The notes beneath the pieces were generated by a model. That model saw only the letters and a program-made list of their open reading frames with translations, was not told where the DNA came from and made no database searches. Positions 41,365 to 54,421 of a stretch of DNA of 64,000 bases are shown piece after piece. Numbering within the stretch: the stretch's first letter is position 1; every line of letters starts with the position of its first letter. The DNA is from Squalus acanthias (taxonomy: Eukaryota): NCBI GenBank assembly GCA_030390025.1, contig CM059431.1, positions 146,880,001 to 146,944,000 of the forward strand, given 5' to 3'. Made by a program: the position numbers and the translations under genes.

Positions 41365-41700
41365 GGGGCTGCTCCTCGATTTTTGGTTGCACTTCAGTCC
41401 CACGCTGCTGTTCTTTGGTCACCCGGTGCGGAGGGGAGCGGCCAGGTCGGGGATCTCTCTATAGGACTGCTCCTGAGCCTGGCCAAAGTGACCATCAACA
41501 GGTCCTGGCAGCGGGTGGTCGAGTGTGTCGTTCGGCCCGACTGTCTGCCTCTCTTCCGCGGCCACGTTCGCGCCCGGGTGGCCCTGGAGATGGAGCACGC
41601 GGTGTCCGCCAGCACGCTCGAGGCCTCCCGCGCCCGGTGGACACCGGAGGGACTGGGGTGCATCATCACCCCCGGCAACAGGATTTTAAATTAACTTGTT
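41365..41700 (+). mobile_element. Tx1/L1-clade retrotransposon ORF2 C-terminal fragment
   Basis: LLLSLAKVTINRS...DCLPLFRGHVRARVALEMEH...RW; GC-rich island. Confidence 0.7.
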
Positions 41701-43441
41701 AAGTTTCATTTAATGTTTTTTGATAAGTTACAGTTTATTTGTTTATTGCTTCCACCAAAAGAGCTACAATAGAAATGCTGCCCTTGTATGATTCATTATT
41801 TGCACCAAATAGGCACGGTCTCTATATTGTCACACAGCTTGTCTGACATCCAGTCCTGGATGAATAGAAATTTCCTCCAACTAAATATTGTGAAGACCGA
41901 AGCCGTTTAAAACCTCGTAATTAAACTGCTACTTAGACTTATTTCATAGATCACCATTTTTTTTAAATCAAACTCACAATTTATTAGTCCCTATGTTTAC
42001 AACTTCCTGTTCTGATGCTCACTAAAGGACTAACAATGTTTTATACCTCCTACAAGGAAGGTGGCTGAACTTCAGAAAGAGATTCCCAGCCAGATATTCA
42101 ATGTTAATTTTCAGGATTAAAATATATCATTTATAGTGGTAATAGAAAAAACTATTTTCCTTGTTATGGATGCGTTATACTGTTTGTTCGTTTTTGAGTT
42201 GAAAGGACAGAATTGGTCTCTGAAATCTGACAGATTTTCGCTTTATTTAACTTTCTCATTCAACTTCCCAATTAATTCAAATGTAACTCGGTCGACGAAA
42301 AAAAGTCTCCTTCACCTAAACCTGCACAATGTAGATCTGCTATTAATAAATCAGCCTCAACCCGTCTAATAGTCTGTGTGCTGGGTTATTTGTTCTAAAA
42401 AGCTTTATTCATCACACAGACAACTCACAGGATGAATGAGATTATTGTTCTCTGTATCTGCATCAAATCAATTTAAACAGCTCTGAAGTCAGCTACTTTT
42501 AAGCCAGGAATCTGTTTGACACATTTTCTCCACCAATAATCAGGAAACTTTTTTAATTGCAAGTCTCAGGTATTTTCTCAGTTTATTTTTTCCTAAACTT
42601 GTTTTGTAGCATTGTTAAGAAAACATGTAAGGGCCGACTAATCATTTTCCATTGCATTTCTATTCAAAATTGATTGAGAAGATTGCAAACGATGCTATCC
42701 CATGTTTGTCTTGGTATCGGGGAAATGCAAAGTGGTGATTTTTCCAATGCAGATCACATTCTACGATGTGAAACAGGCTCCTTCGCCTGCTTTCACCAAC
42801 CAGAAGAAACACGTTCGTAATTGCTGGGTAGTTGGTGGTCAAATAGCCCAAATCTGCTCCAACAATTGGATTTCACAATGTCAAGGCAAGATCGCAAGAT
42901 CAGGATTCAGCGAGTGCACGGAAATCCCAAACTTGCGATATGTTTCAAAGGAGTATGATGACGTAGTCTCAGAGTAGACCATCACACCCACCTCACAATC
43001 TGGGCTAATGTGACAGGACTTTCAGCATCAGCAGCCAATGGAATATCCCTCGAATAAAAATCCCTCTGGTTGCTTTGTAACAATTACTGTTCAATTATTG
43101 AGGATGATAATGTCTGTAATTTGTTGTATGGTTAATTTTGATGTGCAATAATTCCTCGTTGCGTCCAAGAGAAATTTATGTTTAAACTCTGACTGCAAAC
43201 AGATTACACAGGATAAAATAAAAATCTAGCACCTGTGTGTTAGGATCTACCTATAAATTGGCTGGTGTGGTTTGTAAGCCCCCCACCCCACCAAACACGC
43301 AGATCTGTGGCCTTGTCCGTCAGTTTGGTGTCCTCCCCGAATTCAACACCCTTTATCTTCTCTAATCATCTACCATGTGGTACCTTGTCAAAGACAGATG
43401 TAAAGTTTATGGGAACACAACATCCGCATCCACCACAAGAG

Positions 43442-44075
43442 CATAAGAAATAGGAGCAGGAGTAGGCCATTTGGCCCTTTGAGCCTGCTCCGCCATTCAA
43501 TAAGATCGTGGCTGACCTTCTGCCTCATCTCCACTTACCTGCACTGTCCCCATATCCCTTGGCTCCCTCAATATTCAAAAATGTATCGATCTCTATCTTG
43601 AATATACTCAACGATTGAGCCTCCACAGCCCTCTGGTGTAGAGCATTCCAAAGATTCACCACTCTCTGAGTGAAGAAATTTCTCCTCATCTCAGTTCTAA
43701 ATGGCCGACCCCTTATTCTGAGACTGTGGACCCTGGTTCTAGACTCCCCAGCCAGGGGAAATATCCACCCTGCATCTATCATGACAAGCCCTGTACGAAT
43801 TTTGTATGTTTCAATTAGATCACCTCACATTCTTCTAAACTCTAGAGAATATAAACCTCGTCTACTCAATCTCTCCCCATAGGACAATCTCCCAATAGGA
43901 CAATCTCCCCATCCCAGGAACCAGTCTGGTGAACCTTCGTTGCACTCCCTCTGTGGCAAGTATATCCTTCCTTAGGTAAGGAGACCTAAACTGTACACAA
44001 TACGCCAGGTGTGGTCTCACCAAGGCCCTATATAATTTTTGTAAGACGTCTTTACTCTTATGCTCAAATCCCCAT
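43442..44075 (-). mobile_element. CR1 LINE 3' fragment
   Basis: FFTQRVVNLWNAL; cataagaaatagg tail. Confidence 0.9.
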
Positions 44076-45249
44076 GTCTGTTAGATGTTCAAAGAATTCA
44101 CTGAGCTTTGCCATGCATGATCATCCCTTTTGAAATTGGCGCTGGTTAATTCTAACTATCTAATTCTTCATCTAGCTACATGTTAATTTCATTCCTAATT
44201 AGAGACTTTCAATGTTATCCTCGCTCAGATTTTAAGCTAACTGGTCTGTAGGTACCTGGATTAGCTGTTTCCCTTTCTTAATCTGGGCACTACATTGGTT
44301 GCACACTAGTCCTCTCGCACACACCCACACTCAGTAGAGCCTAAATATATAACTTCTGTAACCTTTGCAATTTCTTCATTCAAATCCGCCATGATCTCAG
44401 GATATTTCTAGTCGGGCCCTGGCTCTATGTCTGAATTTATTTTAATTATCTACAGTATTTCTTTTACCCAACATAGTATCACTCATCTCGCACTCAAGTA
44501 CAGCAGAATTCGTCTCCTCTCTGATGCCCTTCTGTTTATCGAATCAATTCGAAGTACTTCTTAGACCCCTCCAATTTTGATCATCCTGTACAAATTGACA
44601 ATCTTCTCCTCTGAGGGGTCTCACCTGACATTTAACAATTGCTTGTTAGCTCATATATTTAGTGATATAAACCAGAGTGGAGTGGGAGGAGAGAGCGAGG
44701 GGGTGAAGGGTAAAAGCCCAAGCCCTGGTGAGGCTTGAGGTGAGCACATTTGCTCCCTTCAATGAGGAAACGTTGTGAGGTGCGGTTGCTCTATGTGCAA
44801 GAAAAGGTGAAATTTTACTGAAGTTTTTAAAATATTAACCCTTATCAGAATCTCTACATCAGTTTTGCTGAAAAGGTTGTGGATTCTGTCGGGCACTGGT
44901 TTCTCACACTTACTGCTTCTTTTGTTTTCTTTGATGTCGCATGCATGAGTTGGTTTACCATATTGCTAAAGAAGCCGGCTTGATAGACACGATGAGGGTG
45001 AATTTGGTTTTCATAATGTTACCCCGTGTTACCATTATTGTTGCACCCTATGTTTGTTTCGTGCGATTAATAAACATAAATCACCGTGGCAATGCACTCA
45101 GTGCAGCAGTCTGCCGTGCGCCCCAGTCATGGTTTGGGGTTATAGCCATGTTGTTGCTCCCTGCAATTGTTCACAAGAAGACTGAGTAAAGGCTGTTAAT
45201 CAAAACTGTCACAGGATCAAAACGCGAAACATCAACCTGGCGGACAAGC

Positions 45250-46310
45250 CGTCTAACAGCACAGCCTCAGTGGCGGGGTCGAGAGAGAGATTGTGGAGAT
45301 GGAGCTGAGTATCGTTGGCATACATGTAGAAGGTGAGCCATGTCTGCGGCTGATGTTGCCAATGGGCAGACAAGGGCTTAAGAATAGATCCTTGGGGGAC
45401 TCAGATGGTGCTGGGGCGGTGATAGGATAAAGCATTGCAGGATGCGCTCTGGCAGCAATTGAATAGGTTAGGGTTGTTCCACAGAGGGAAGACCCACTGA
45501 GCTAGACTGAGAGGTTTTGAAGGAGAATGGTTTGGCCGAGTGTGTCGAAAGCTGCGGAGAGATCGAGGAAGACAAGGACGGATATTGCATTGTGGTCAGT
45601 CACAGAGGCTGTCATTTGTGAATTCGAATAGGGACATTTTGGTCTTGTGACAGACATGCAAAGCTGATTGGAGAGAGTCAGACATGGAGTTTCAGGAAAT
45701 ATGAGAATTGATTTGAGAGGCGACAAGATGTTCAAGAACTTTGGAGAGCCAAGGAATGTTGGAGATGGGGCAGTAATGTGCTGGGACAGTGGAATCAAGG
45801 GTGTTTATTTTAAGGAGGGTTGAAAATGGCGGCTTTGAAAGGGGGTGGAAGAAATGCACCTGAGGAGATGGAACCAGTTACAATGACAGCTTACTTGGGA
45901 TGCATGAAAGTAAATTAGATCGTCAGCCGTTTCGTGAGAATGGCGTCGAGGGAGCAGGAGATGGCTCTCATGGACAAGATGCTCTCATAAAGGACTAAGA
46001 GCAAATAGGAGAGAAACAAGAAACACTCGTTTTCCCGGCTGTGACAGAGGGAGACTGGGGAAAGGTTTGGCTTGATGGGTGAGGTAGCAAGTTTTAACGG
46101 GATGGGTGGTAGTGGGGAAAAAGCTGTGTGATATCATTGATCTCCAGGATAATTCTGGACAAGTTGTGGGTGTTGGCAGAGGAGAGTGAGGCCGAATAGC
46201 AGTTGAAGTGGACCAATTTGTTCTGGTGATGGTTGGGTAAGCCAGTTCTGTGCCAGATATGATCAAATCTGCGATCCTTGGACTTGAGGGGCTGAATATG
46301 GGAGCGCTAG
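45250..46310 (-). mobile_element. Old L2 LINE RT fragment
   Basis: VLVFLDLSAAFDTL motif; purine-rich plus strand. Confidence 0.75.
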
Positions 46311-46369
46311 CAGGGGGGATAATGAGATGAATAATGGTCATATGTGGTGACCAGTGGTGTTTACCTTTA

Positions 46370-46810
46370 ATATTCAATGAATGAGACCAATAATGTTCAT
46401 TTGATATGAATAATGTACCTATGATTAGACATAGAGTTCTTATATTAAGAACTATAAGGACTCGATTGTGAGCTGAATAATGTTGCTATCATGTGAATGA
46501 TGATGTTTTATAAGAAGAAGAATGATATGATATGAATAATATACATATGAGGAGACCAATAGTGTTCTTACATTGAAACCAATAATTTCCTATCGTGAGA
46601 TGAATAATATTCATGTAACAACAACAATGTTCATTAAATGACACCAATATCGTGTTTATGATCAGGACAATAATATTGCCATCAATGATTATATAAGAGC
46701 CATCATCTTATATTGAGCCAGAAAATGACGTAAATAAAATGCGTAAGATTGGACCAACAATATCCCTATAATGAGACGAATTATGTTCATATCAGGAGAT
46801 GACAATTTTC
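46370..46810. repeat. AT-rich degenerate minisatellite
   Basis: Recurrent GAGACCAATA / GAATAATGTT / ATAATATT motifs. Confidence 0.5.
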
Positions 46811-46901
46811 TGATGAGGAGACAAGCAATGCTCAACCCGCGAACTGATCATATTTTCACGCTCAGGCCACATCTGGATTCCTGCAGCAGTTGCAGCTGTT
46901 C

Positions 46902-49283
46902 CTTTGCAGAGTGTGTGCAGGAGGGTTTCCTGACACAATATGTGGATAGGCCGACAAGAGGTGGGGCCACGTTGGATTTGGTACTGGGTAATGAACCGGG
47001 CCAAGTGTTTGATTTGTATGTGGGAGAGCACTTTGGAGATAGTGACCACAATTCGGTAACTTTCACTATTGCAATGGAGAGGGATAGGGCCATACGGCAG
47101 GGCAGGGTTATAATTGGGGGAGGGGTAATTATGATGCGATTAGGCAAGAATTAGGGAGTATAAGATGGGAACAGAAACTATCAGGGAAAGGCACAAACGA
47201 AAAGTGGAGCTTTTTCATGGAGCAATTACTGCGTGTCCTTGATAGGTATGTCCCTGTCAGGCAGGGAGGAAATGGCCGAGTGAGAGAACCATGGTTCACA
47301 AAAGAGGTTGAATGTCTAGTCAAGAGGAAAAAGGAAGCGTATGTAAGGATGAGAAAACAAGGTTCAGTTGGGTCGATTGAGGGGTACAAGGTAGCAAGGA
47401 ATGAGCTAAAAAAAAGAGCTTAGGAGAGCTAGGAGGGGGCATGAGAAGTCCTTGGCGGGTCGGATCAAGAAAAACCCCAAGGCTTTTTACTCTTATGTGA
47501 GAAATAAAAGAATGACCAGCGTGAGGGTAGGGCCGGTCAAGGACAGTAGTGGGAACTTGTGCATGGAGTCAGAAGAGATAGGAGAGGTGATGAATGAATA
47601 CTTTTCGTCAGTGTTCACCGAGGAGAGGGGCCATGTTCTTGAGGATGAGAGTGTGATAAAGGTGGATAGGCTGGAGGTGGTAGATGTTCTGAGGGAAGAT
47701 GTTTTAGCAATTTTGAAGAACCTGAGGGTCGATAAGTCCCCTGGGCCAGATGGGATATATCCTAGGATTCTTTGGGAGGCAAGGGAGGAGATTGCAGAGC
47801 CTTTGGCTTTGATCTTTGGGTCCTCACTGTCCACGGGGATGGTGCCAGAGGACTGGAGAGTGGCGAATGTTGTTCCTCTCTTCAAGAAAGGAAATAGGAA
47901 TGACCCTGGTAGTTATAGGCCGGTTAGTCTTACTTCGGTGGTTGGTAAGATAATGGAAAAGGTCCTGATGGATAGGATTTATGACCATTTGGAAAGGGGC
48001 AACTTAATCAGGGATAGTCAACACGGATTCGTGAAGGGTAAGTCTTGCCTAACAAATTTGATTGAATTCTTTGAGGAGGTAACTAAGTGTGTAGATGAAG
48101 GTAGAGCAGTTGATGTCGTATACATGGATTTTAGTAAGGCGTTTGATAAGGTACCCCATGGTCGTCTCATGAAGAAAGTAAGGAGTTGTGGGATAGAGGG
48201 AAATTTGGCCGATTGGATAAGTAACTGGCTATCTTATAGAAGGCAGAGGGTGGTGGTGGATGGAACATTTTCGGACTGGAGACCAGTTACCAGCGGTGTG
48301 CCACAGGGGTCGGTGCTGGGTCCTCTGCTGTTTTTGATTTTTATCAATGACTTGGAGGAGGGGACTGAAGGGTGGATCAGTACATTTGCTGATGACACCA
48401 AGATTGGTGGAGTAGTGGATGAGGTGGAGGGCAGTTGTAGGCTGCAAAGAGACATTGATAGGATGCAGAGCTGGGCCGAAAAATGGCAGATGGAATTTAA
48501 CCCTGATAAGTGCGAGGTGATTCATTTTGGTAGGGCAAATGTGAATAAGGATTACAGGTTCAACGGCAGGGTTCTGAGGAACGTGGAGGAGCAGAGGGAT
48601 CTGGGGGTTCATATCCACAGATCTCTGAAGGTTGCCACTCAAGTGGATAGAGCAGTAAAGAAGGCCTATGGTGTGTTGGCGTTTATTAACAGAGGGTTTG
48701 AGTTTAAGAACCGTGAGGTTATGCTGCAACTGTACAGGACCTTGGTGAGACCATATTTGGAATATTGTGTGCAGTTCTGGTCACCTCACTATAGGAAGGA
48801 CGTGGAAGCATTGGAAAGTGTGCAAAGGAGATTTACCAGGATGCTGCCTGGTTTGGGGGGGAGGTCTTATGAGGAAAGATTGAGGGAGTTGGGGCTTTTC
48901 TCTTTAGAGCGGAGGAGGATGTGAGGCGACTTAATAGAGGTTTATAAGATGATGAGGGGGATAGATGGAGTGGATGTTCAGAGACTATTTCCTCGGGTAG
49001 AGGCAGCTGTTACAAGGGGGCATAGCTATAAGGTGCATGGGGGGAGATACAGAAGGGATGTCCGAGGTAGATTCTTTACTCAGAGAGTGGTTGGGGTGTG
49101 GAATGGACTGCCTGCTGTGATAGTGGAGTCGGACACTTTAGGAACTTTCAAGCGGTTATTGGATAAGCACATGGAGCACACCAGAGTGACAGGGAGTGTG
49201 ATAGCTTGATCTTGGTCTCGGACAATGCTCGGCACAACATCGAGGGCCGAAGGGCCTGTACTGTGCTGTACTGTTCTATGTTT
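46902..49283 (+). mobile_element. Young 5'-truncated CR1 LINE with a 490-aa open RT segment (47452-48924)
   Basis: KSPGPDG, YRPVSLTS, QHGF, YMDFSKAFDKV, GVPQGSVLGPLLF, FADDTK; 3' tail. Confidence 0.95.
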
Positions 49284-49364
49284 TGAACAGGCTGGATTAC
49301 TGGAGAAGAAAATTGAATTTGTAGAGGGTGCAATGATGCATGGCAGCAAATGGAAGACTTGTGA

Positions 49365-49420
49365 GCCCGGATAGCTCAGTCTGGTAGAGCGGGTCCAGGG
49401 TTCAAATCCCTGCTCAGGTG
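49365..49420 (+). pseudogene. tRNA-Lys(TTT) pseudogene lacking the anticodon arm
   Basis: GCCCGGATAGCTCAGTCTGGTAGAGC joined to GGGTCCAGGGTTCAAATCCCTG. Confidence 0.85.
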
Positions 49421-49479
49421 CTGCTTTTAAATCACGATTCTCATCTCCACATTCGTGCTCTGATCCTTTAACAATGAGA

Positions 49480-50930
49480 ATAGTAACAAGAGTAGGCCAT
49501 TTAACCCCTCGAGCCTTTTTGCCATTCAATGAGATCTGTGACCTAACTCTGATTGCTCCAGATCCCTTAATAATCTTTGGTTATCAAAAATCTAACAATC
49601 TCAGTTTTACAATTGACATGTGACCCTGCATTCACTGCTGTTTCTTTAAGTGAGTTACAAATTTCTACCACCCATTCCATGTAGAAGTCTTTCCTAACTT
49701 CACTCCTGAAAGGCTGAGTCCCCTAGTCCTAGACTCGCCAATCATCGGAAATAGTTTCTCTCCATCTACCCTATCGTTCCCTCTTAATATCGTGAATACT
49801 TCAACCAAATCACCCTTTAAGCTTCTAAATTCCAGGGAATACAACGCTAGTTTGTGTAATCTCCCCTTGTAATTTATCCCTTGGACTCTAAGTATCATTC
49901 TGGTAAATCAATGCTTCACTCGTTAAGCCTAATAGAGTCATAGACTAATACTACCTTGCTGAGGTGTGATGCCCAGACATGAACACAGTACTCCAGGTGT
50001 GGTCTAACCAGTGCTTTGTATAGCTGTAGCATTGCTTCTCCCCTTATATTATAATTCTATAGATATAAATCCCACCATTCAATTATTCTTTTTGATTCTT
50101 TTCTGTACCTACCCATTACAATTTAATGATATATGTACATAGAACCTCAAGTCTCAATGGACATCCACTGGTTCCAGCTCTTCGACATATAGAATGTATT
50201 CTGATCTCTCCTTTTTAGATCCTAAGTGGATGACCTCACACTTGTTAATATTTAAATCAACTTGTCACAGTTTTGTCCATTCACTTAATCTATTAATATC
50301 TGTTCTAATTTCTTGGTTCCATCTAAACTGCTTCTAATGTCACCTATCTTTGTGACATCGTCAAAGTTGGATGTGTGACTTTCAATCGCACCAATTAAGT
50401 CGTTAATAAAAACGGTGTATAGTGCAAGCCTCAAAATAATCCCTCAGGGACACCACTAGTCATATCCTGCAAATTAAAGTACATGCCCATTATCCGTACA
50501 GTGTGTCTCCTGTCGCTCAACCAATTTCATAACGAGGACAATAATTTGCCTTCACTTCCACGAGGTTCAACTTTACCTAACAATCACTTATGATGGACTT
50601 TATCAAATGACTTTTGCTCCATGACTACTAGCTGTTAATGATTTGTGAACTGGGACTCACAAACCTCTTTGCTCCTCAGCAGTTAATATTATTTAGAAAA
50701 TACTCCGAACTATCTTACTTGGTTCCAAAGCGGATGATGTCACACTTGCGCACAGTGAACTCGATTTGAAATAATTTTACCAGCTTACTTAGTCTGCCTC
50801 AGTCCCTTTGGTTATGTCCCGTTCTCATTTGCACTACTGCCGTGCCTCCTAACTTAGTGCGATCTTCAAACTTGGATATGCATCGCTCTTTTGCTCCATC
50901 CAAGTCAATAATAAATGTGGTGAAAAGTTT
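49480..50930 (-). mobile_element. Old CR1 LINE fragments
   Basis: LKGDLVEVFTIL; paralogous to 52815-53698 and 32170-32690. Confidence 0.8.
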
Positions 50931-51162
50931 AAGTTCCAATACCGATATCTGGGAAACCGCACCTCTCAGATCTGACGCCCCTGCTAAAGAGCGTGTCGTT
51001 TGTTGGAGGGAGAATATTTCTGAAGTGAAGCCGTTTTGAGGCAGTCAGTCTGGATTTGTGAGAGAAATGCGATATACAGGCTGGATTACTGGACAAAAAA
51101 ATGCAATTGGTAGAGGGTGCAATGATGCACGCCAGCCAAAGAAAGTCCGGTAAGCCTGACAT

Positions 51163-52542
51163 CGGTAGTGGGGAAATTGCTAGAGTCCATTATAAATGAA
51201 GTAATAGCTGAGCATTTGGCAAACAGTGACAGGATCGGACAAAGTCAACATGTATTTACAAAAGGTAAATCATGCTTGACTAATCTACTGGACGTTTTTG
51301 AGGATGCAACTGTTAAAATAGATTATGGAGAATCAGTGGATGTGGTGTATTTGGACTTCCAAAAGGCTTTTGATAAGGTCCCGCATAAGAGATTAGCGTG
51401 TAAAGTTAAGGCACATGGGATTGGGGGCAAGGTATTGACTGGATAGAGAACTGGTTGGCAAACAGAAAGCAAAGAGTTGGAATAAACGGGTCTTTTTCCG
51501 AGTGGCAGGCAGTGACGAGTGGGGTACCGCAGGGATCGGTCCTTGGACCCCAGCTATTCACAATATATATTAATGATCTAGACAAGGGAACTAGATGTAA
51601 TATCTCCAAGTTTGCAGACGACACAAAACTGGGTGGGCGTGTGTGCTGCGAGGAGGATGCTGAGAAACTCCAGGATGATTTGGACAGGTTGGGTGATTGG
51701 GCGGAAGCGTGGCAGATGCAATATAACGTAGATAAATGCGAGGTTATCCACTTTGGTGTCAAAAACAGAAAGGCAGATTATTATCTGAATGGCAATAGAT
51801 TGAGAGAAGGGGTAGTGCAACGAGACCTGGGTGTCCTTGTGCACCAGTCGCTGAAGGTAAGCATACAGGTGCAGCAGGCGCTTAAGAAGGCAAACTATAT
51901 GTTGGCCTTCATAGCGAGAGGGTTTGAGTACAGGAACAAGGATGTCTTGCTGCAGTTGTACAGGGCCTTGGTGAGACCACACCTTTAGGACTGTGTGCAG
52001 TTTTGGTTGCCTTATCTGAGGAAGGATGTTCTTATCATGGAAGGAGTTCAGCGAAGATTCACAAGGCTGATACCTGGGGTGGCAGGAATGACGTATGAAG
52101 AGAGATTGAGTCGATTGGGCTTATACTCGCTGGAGTTTAGAAGAATGAGAGGGGATCTCATTGAAACTTATAACATTCTCACAGGACAGGACAAACTAAA
52201 TGCAGGAAGGATGATCTCGATGGGCGGGGAGTCCAGAACCAGAGTTCACAGTCTAAGGATAAGGGGTAAGCCATTTAGGACAGAAATGAGGAGGATTTTC
52301 TTCACCCAGGGAGTGGTGAACCTGTGGAATTCTCTGCCACAGAAGGCAGTAGAGGCCAATTCATTAAATAGCTTCAAGAAGGAGTTGGATATATTTCTTA
52401 AGGCTAAAGGGATCAAGGAATTTGGGAGAAAGCAGGGACAGGGTACTGAATTTGGATGATCAGCCATGATCGCATTGAATGGCGGAACAGGCTAGAGGGG
52501 CCGAACGGACTACTCCTGCTCCTATCTTCTATGATTCTATGT
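51163..52542 (+). mobile_element. CR1 LINE, 5'-truncated
   Basis: YLDFQKAFDKV, GVPQGSVLGP, FADDTK; ttctatg tail. Confidence 0.95.
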
Positions 52543-52561
52543 TGAGCTTTTGCTCGCACAA

Positions 52562-52634
52562 TCCCGGATAGCTCAGTCGGTAGAGCATCAGACTTTTAAT
52601 CTGAGGGTCGAGGGTTCAAGTCCCTATTCGGGCG
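52562..52634 (+). tRNA. TRK-TTT: tRNA-Lys(TTT), near-intact with three substitutions (may be non-functional)
   Basis: 73-nt match to vertebrate Lys-UUU; A and B boxes intact; T5 terminator follows. Confidence 0.85.
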
Positions 52635-52712
52635 CTGCTTTTTAATCGCGATTTTCATCTACACATTCGTGCTCTGATTCTTTAACAGAGATTACAGTAA
52701 CAGGCGAAGGTC

Positions 52713-52812
52713 ACTTCTGACGAAGGGTCATCGAGCTGAAAAGTTAACTCTGTTTCTCTCTCCACAGATGATGCCTGACCTGCTGATTATTTCCAGCATT
52801 TTATGTTTTTAT
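52713..52812 (+). mobile_element. Short Penelope-terminus insertion with a mutated hammerhead
   Basis: CTGACGAagggtcatcgagctGAAAAGTTAACT, same family as 21259. Confidence 0.7.
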
Positions 52813-52814
52813 TA

Positions 52815-53698
52815 CAGGAGTTGGCCACTTAACCCCTCGAGCCTTTACCTTTGGTTAACAACAATCTATCAAGCTCAGGTTTAAAATTAACAATTGACCC
52901 AGCATCAACTGCTGTTTGCAAACACATTTCTACCACTCATTACATGTAGAAGTGTGTCCTAACTTCACTCCTGAAAGGCTTGGATCTAATATTTATGCTA
53001 GGTCACCTAGTCCTTGACTGGTGAATCATCGGAAATAGCTTCTCTCTATCTACCCTGTCAGTTCCCCTAAATGTCGTGAGTACTTCAATCAAATCACCCC
53101 TTAAGCTTCTAAATTCCAGAGAATACAACCCTAGTTTGTGTTATCTCGCCTCATAATTTAACCCTTGATCTCTATGTATCATTCTGTTAAATCTACACTT
53201 CACTCTTTAAGGCTAATACATCCTTACTAAGTTGTGATGCGCAGACCTGAGCACAGTACTCCAGGTGTGGTCTAATCAGTGTTTTGTGTAGCTGTGGCAT
53301 AACTTCTGCCCCTTATATTGTAGCCCTAAACATATAAATATCACCATTCAATTAGCCTTTTTGATATTTTCTGTACCTGTCCATGACAATTTAAAGATAT
53401 ATGTACATGGACCCTTAAGTCTCGTTGGATATCCACTGGTTCCAGCTATTCACCATTTGGAAAGTATTCCGATCTCTCCATTTTAGATCCAAAATGGTTG
53501 ACCTCACATTTTCTTATATTTAAATCAATTTGCCAAATTTTTGTCCAAAAACTTAATCTATTAATATCTCTTCTAATTTCATGCTTCCATCAAACCTGCT
53601 TATATGCGGCCTATCGTCAAACGTGGATATGTGGCTCTCAATCCCATCTACTTACTCGTTAATAAAAGCGGTGAAAATATGAGGCACAAAAATAGATC
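52815..53698 (-). mobile_element. Old CR1 fragment, interrupted by the ERV LTR
   Basis: Paralogous to 49480-50450; similarity stops at AATAGATC. Confidence 0.8.
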
Positions 53699-53937
53699 TG
53701 TCCTGGTAAACTTTCTGGATCTCCATTTGACAGAATCTATAAGTGACCAAATGCACCGGAAAGCTTTGAGGGCAAGAGACTGTTGGTTAAAAACATTTGC
53801 AAAACTTATAATGAGCTGGTACATTTCCGTCAGAAGATAAGTTGTTGAAAACTCTGTGAGAACCTCAACAGCCCTGCAGATATGAAAAACAGTGACTTCT
53901 CCAGTCCTTGGAGTCTGGCCTTGGAGAGCTGAACGTC

Positions 53938-53975
<38 letters not shown>

Positions 53976-54372
53976 CAACATTCCCCACAGTTTGGGACAT
54001 GAATGCTGGGGGCCAGTTGCCCAGTTTTGGGTTATAATTGTTTTTGGACACTGAGATTCGCGGCTATAGTCGATGGTGCCCTGGTCAAGTGCCAGTTACA
54101 GTTAGTCATACGTCTGTCATCGTTGAATTTTCCTCTCATCTGGTGAACAGTATGTATGTAGTTTTACTTATAATCATCTGAGCTTAAAGTCAATGATTTT
54201 AGATGCTTGCTTGTGATAAGTTGATGAATTCAGTGCAGTTTGTATCCTGGGATGTACTTGTAACCTTTTGTTAATTTTTAAGTAAACGAGGTTTCACAGA
54301 TTCATTGGGTTTTGTGTTGTCTGTTCCCGAGTCTGAACTCTATAAACTCTCAGACAATCAGAACGTCTTACA
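53699..54372 (+). repeat. Putative 5' LTR
   Basis: Starts TGT at the CR1 breakpoint, ends ACA 5 nt before the PBS; contains (GA)n and AGTAAA; 3' LTR not in window. Confidence 0.6.
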
Positions 54373-54377
54373 GATCC

Positions 54378-54395
54378 TGGTGCCGGAACAGGGAC
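54378..54395 (+). promoter_or_regulatory. Primer binding site for tRNA-Lys(UUU)
   Basis: TGGTGCCGGAACAGGGAC versus TGGCGCCCGAACAGGGAC (16/18). Confidence 0.85.
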
Positions 54396-54421
54396 TCGTT
54401 CGGAACAACCTGTCAAAAACA

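Noticed and set aside
47493..48729. Antisense ORFs over CR1 (likewise over Penelope and pol)
   Set aside because: Shadow frames of the element ORFs with no independent support
47452..48924. Autonomous LINE or host RT gene
   Set aside because: 5'-truncated, lacks ORF1 and most of the endonuclease, has a premature stop
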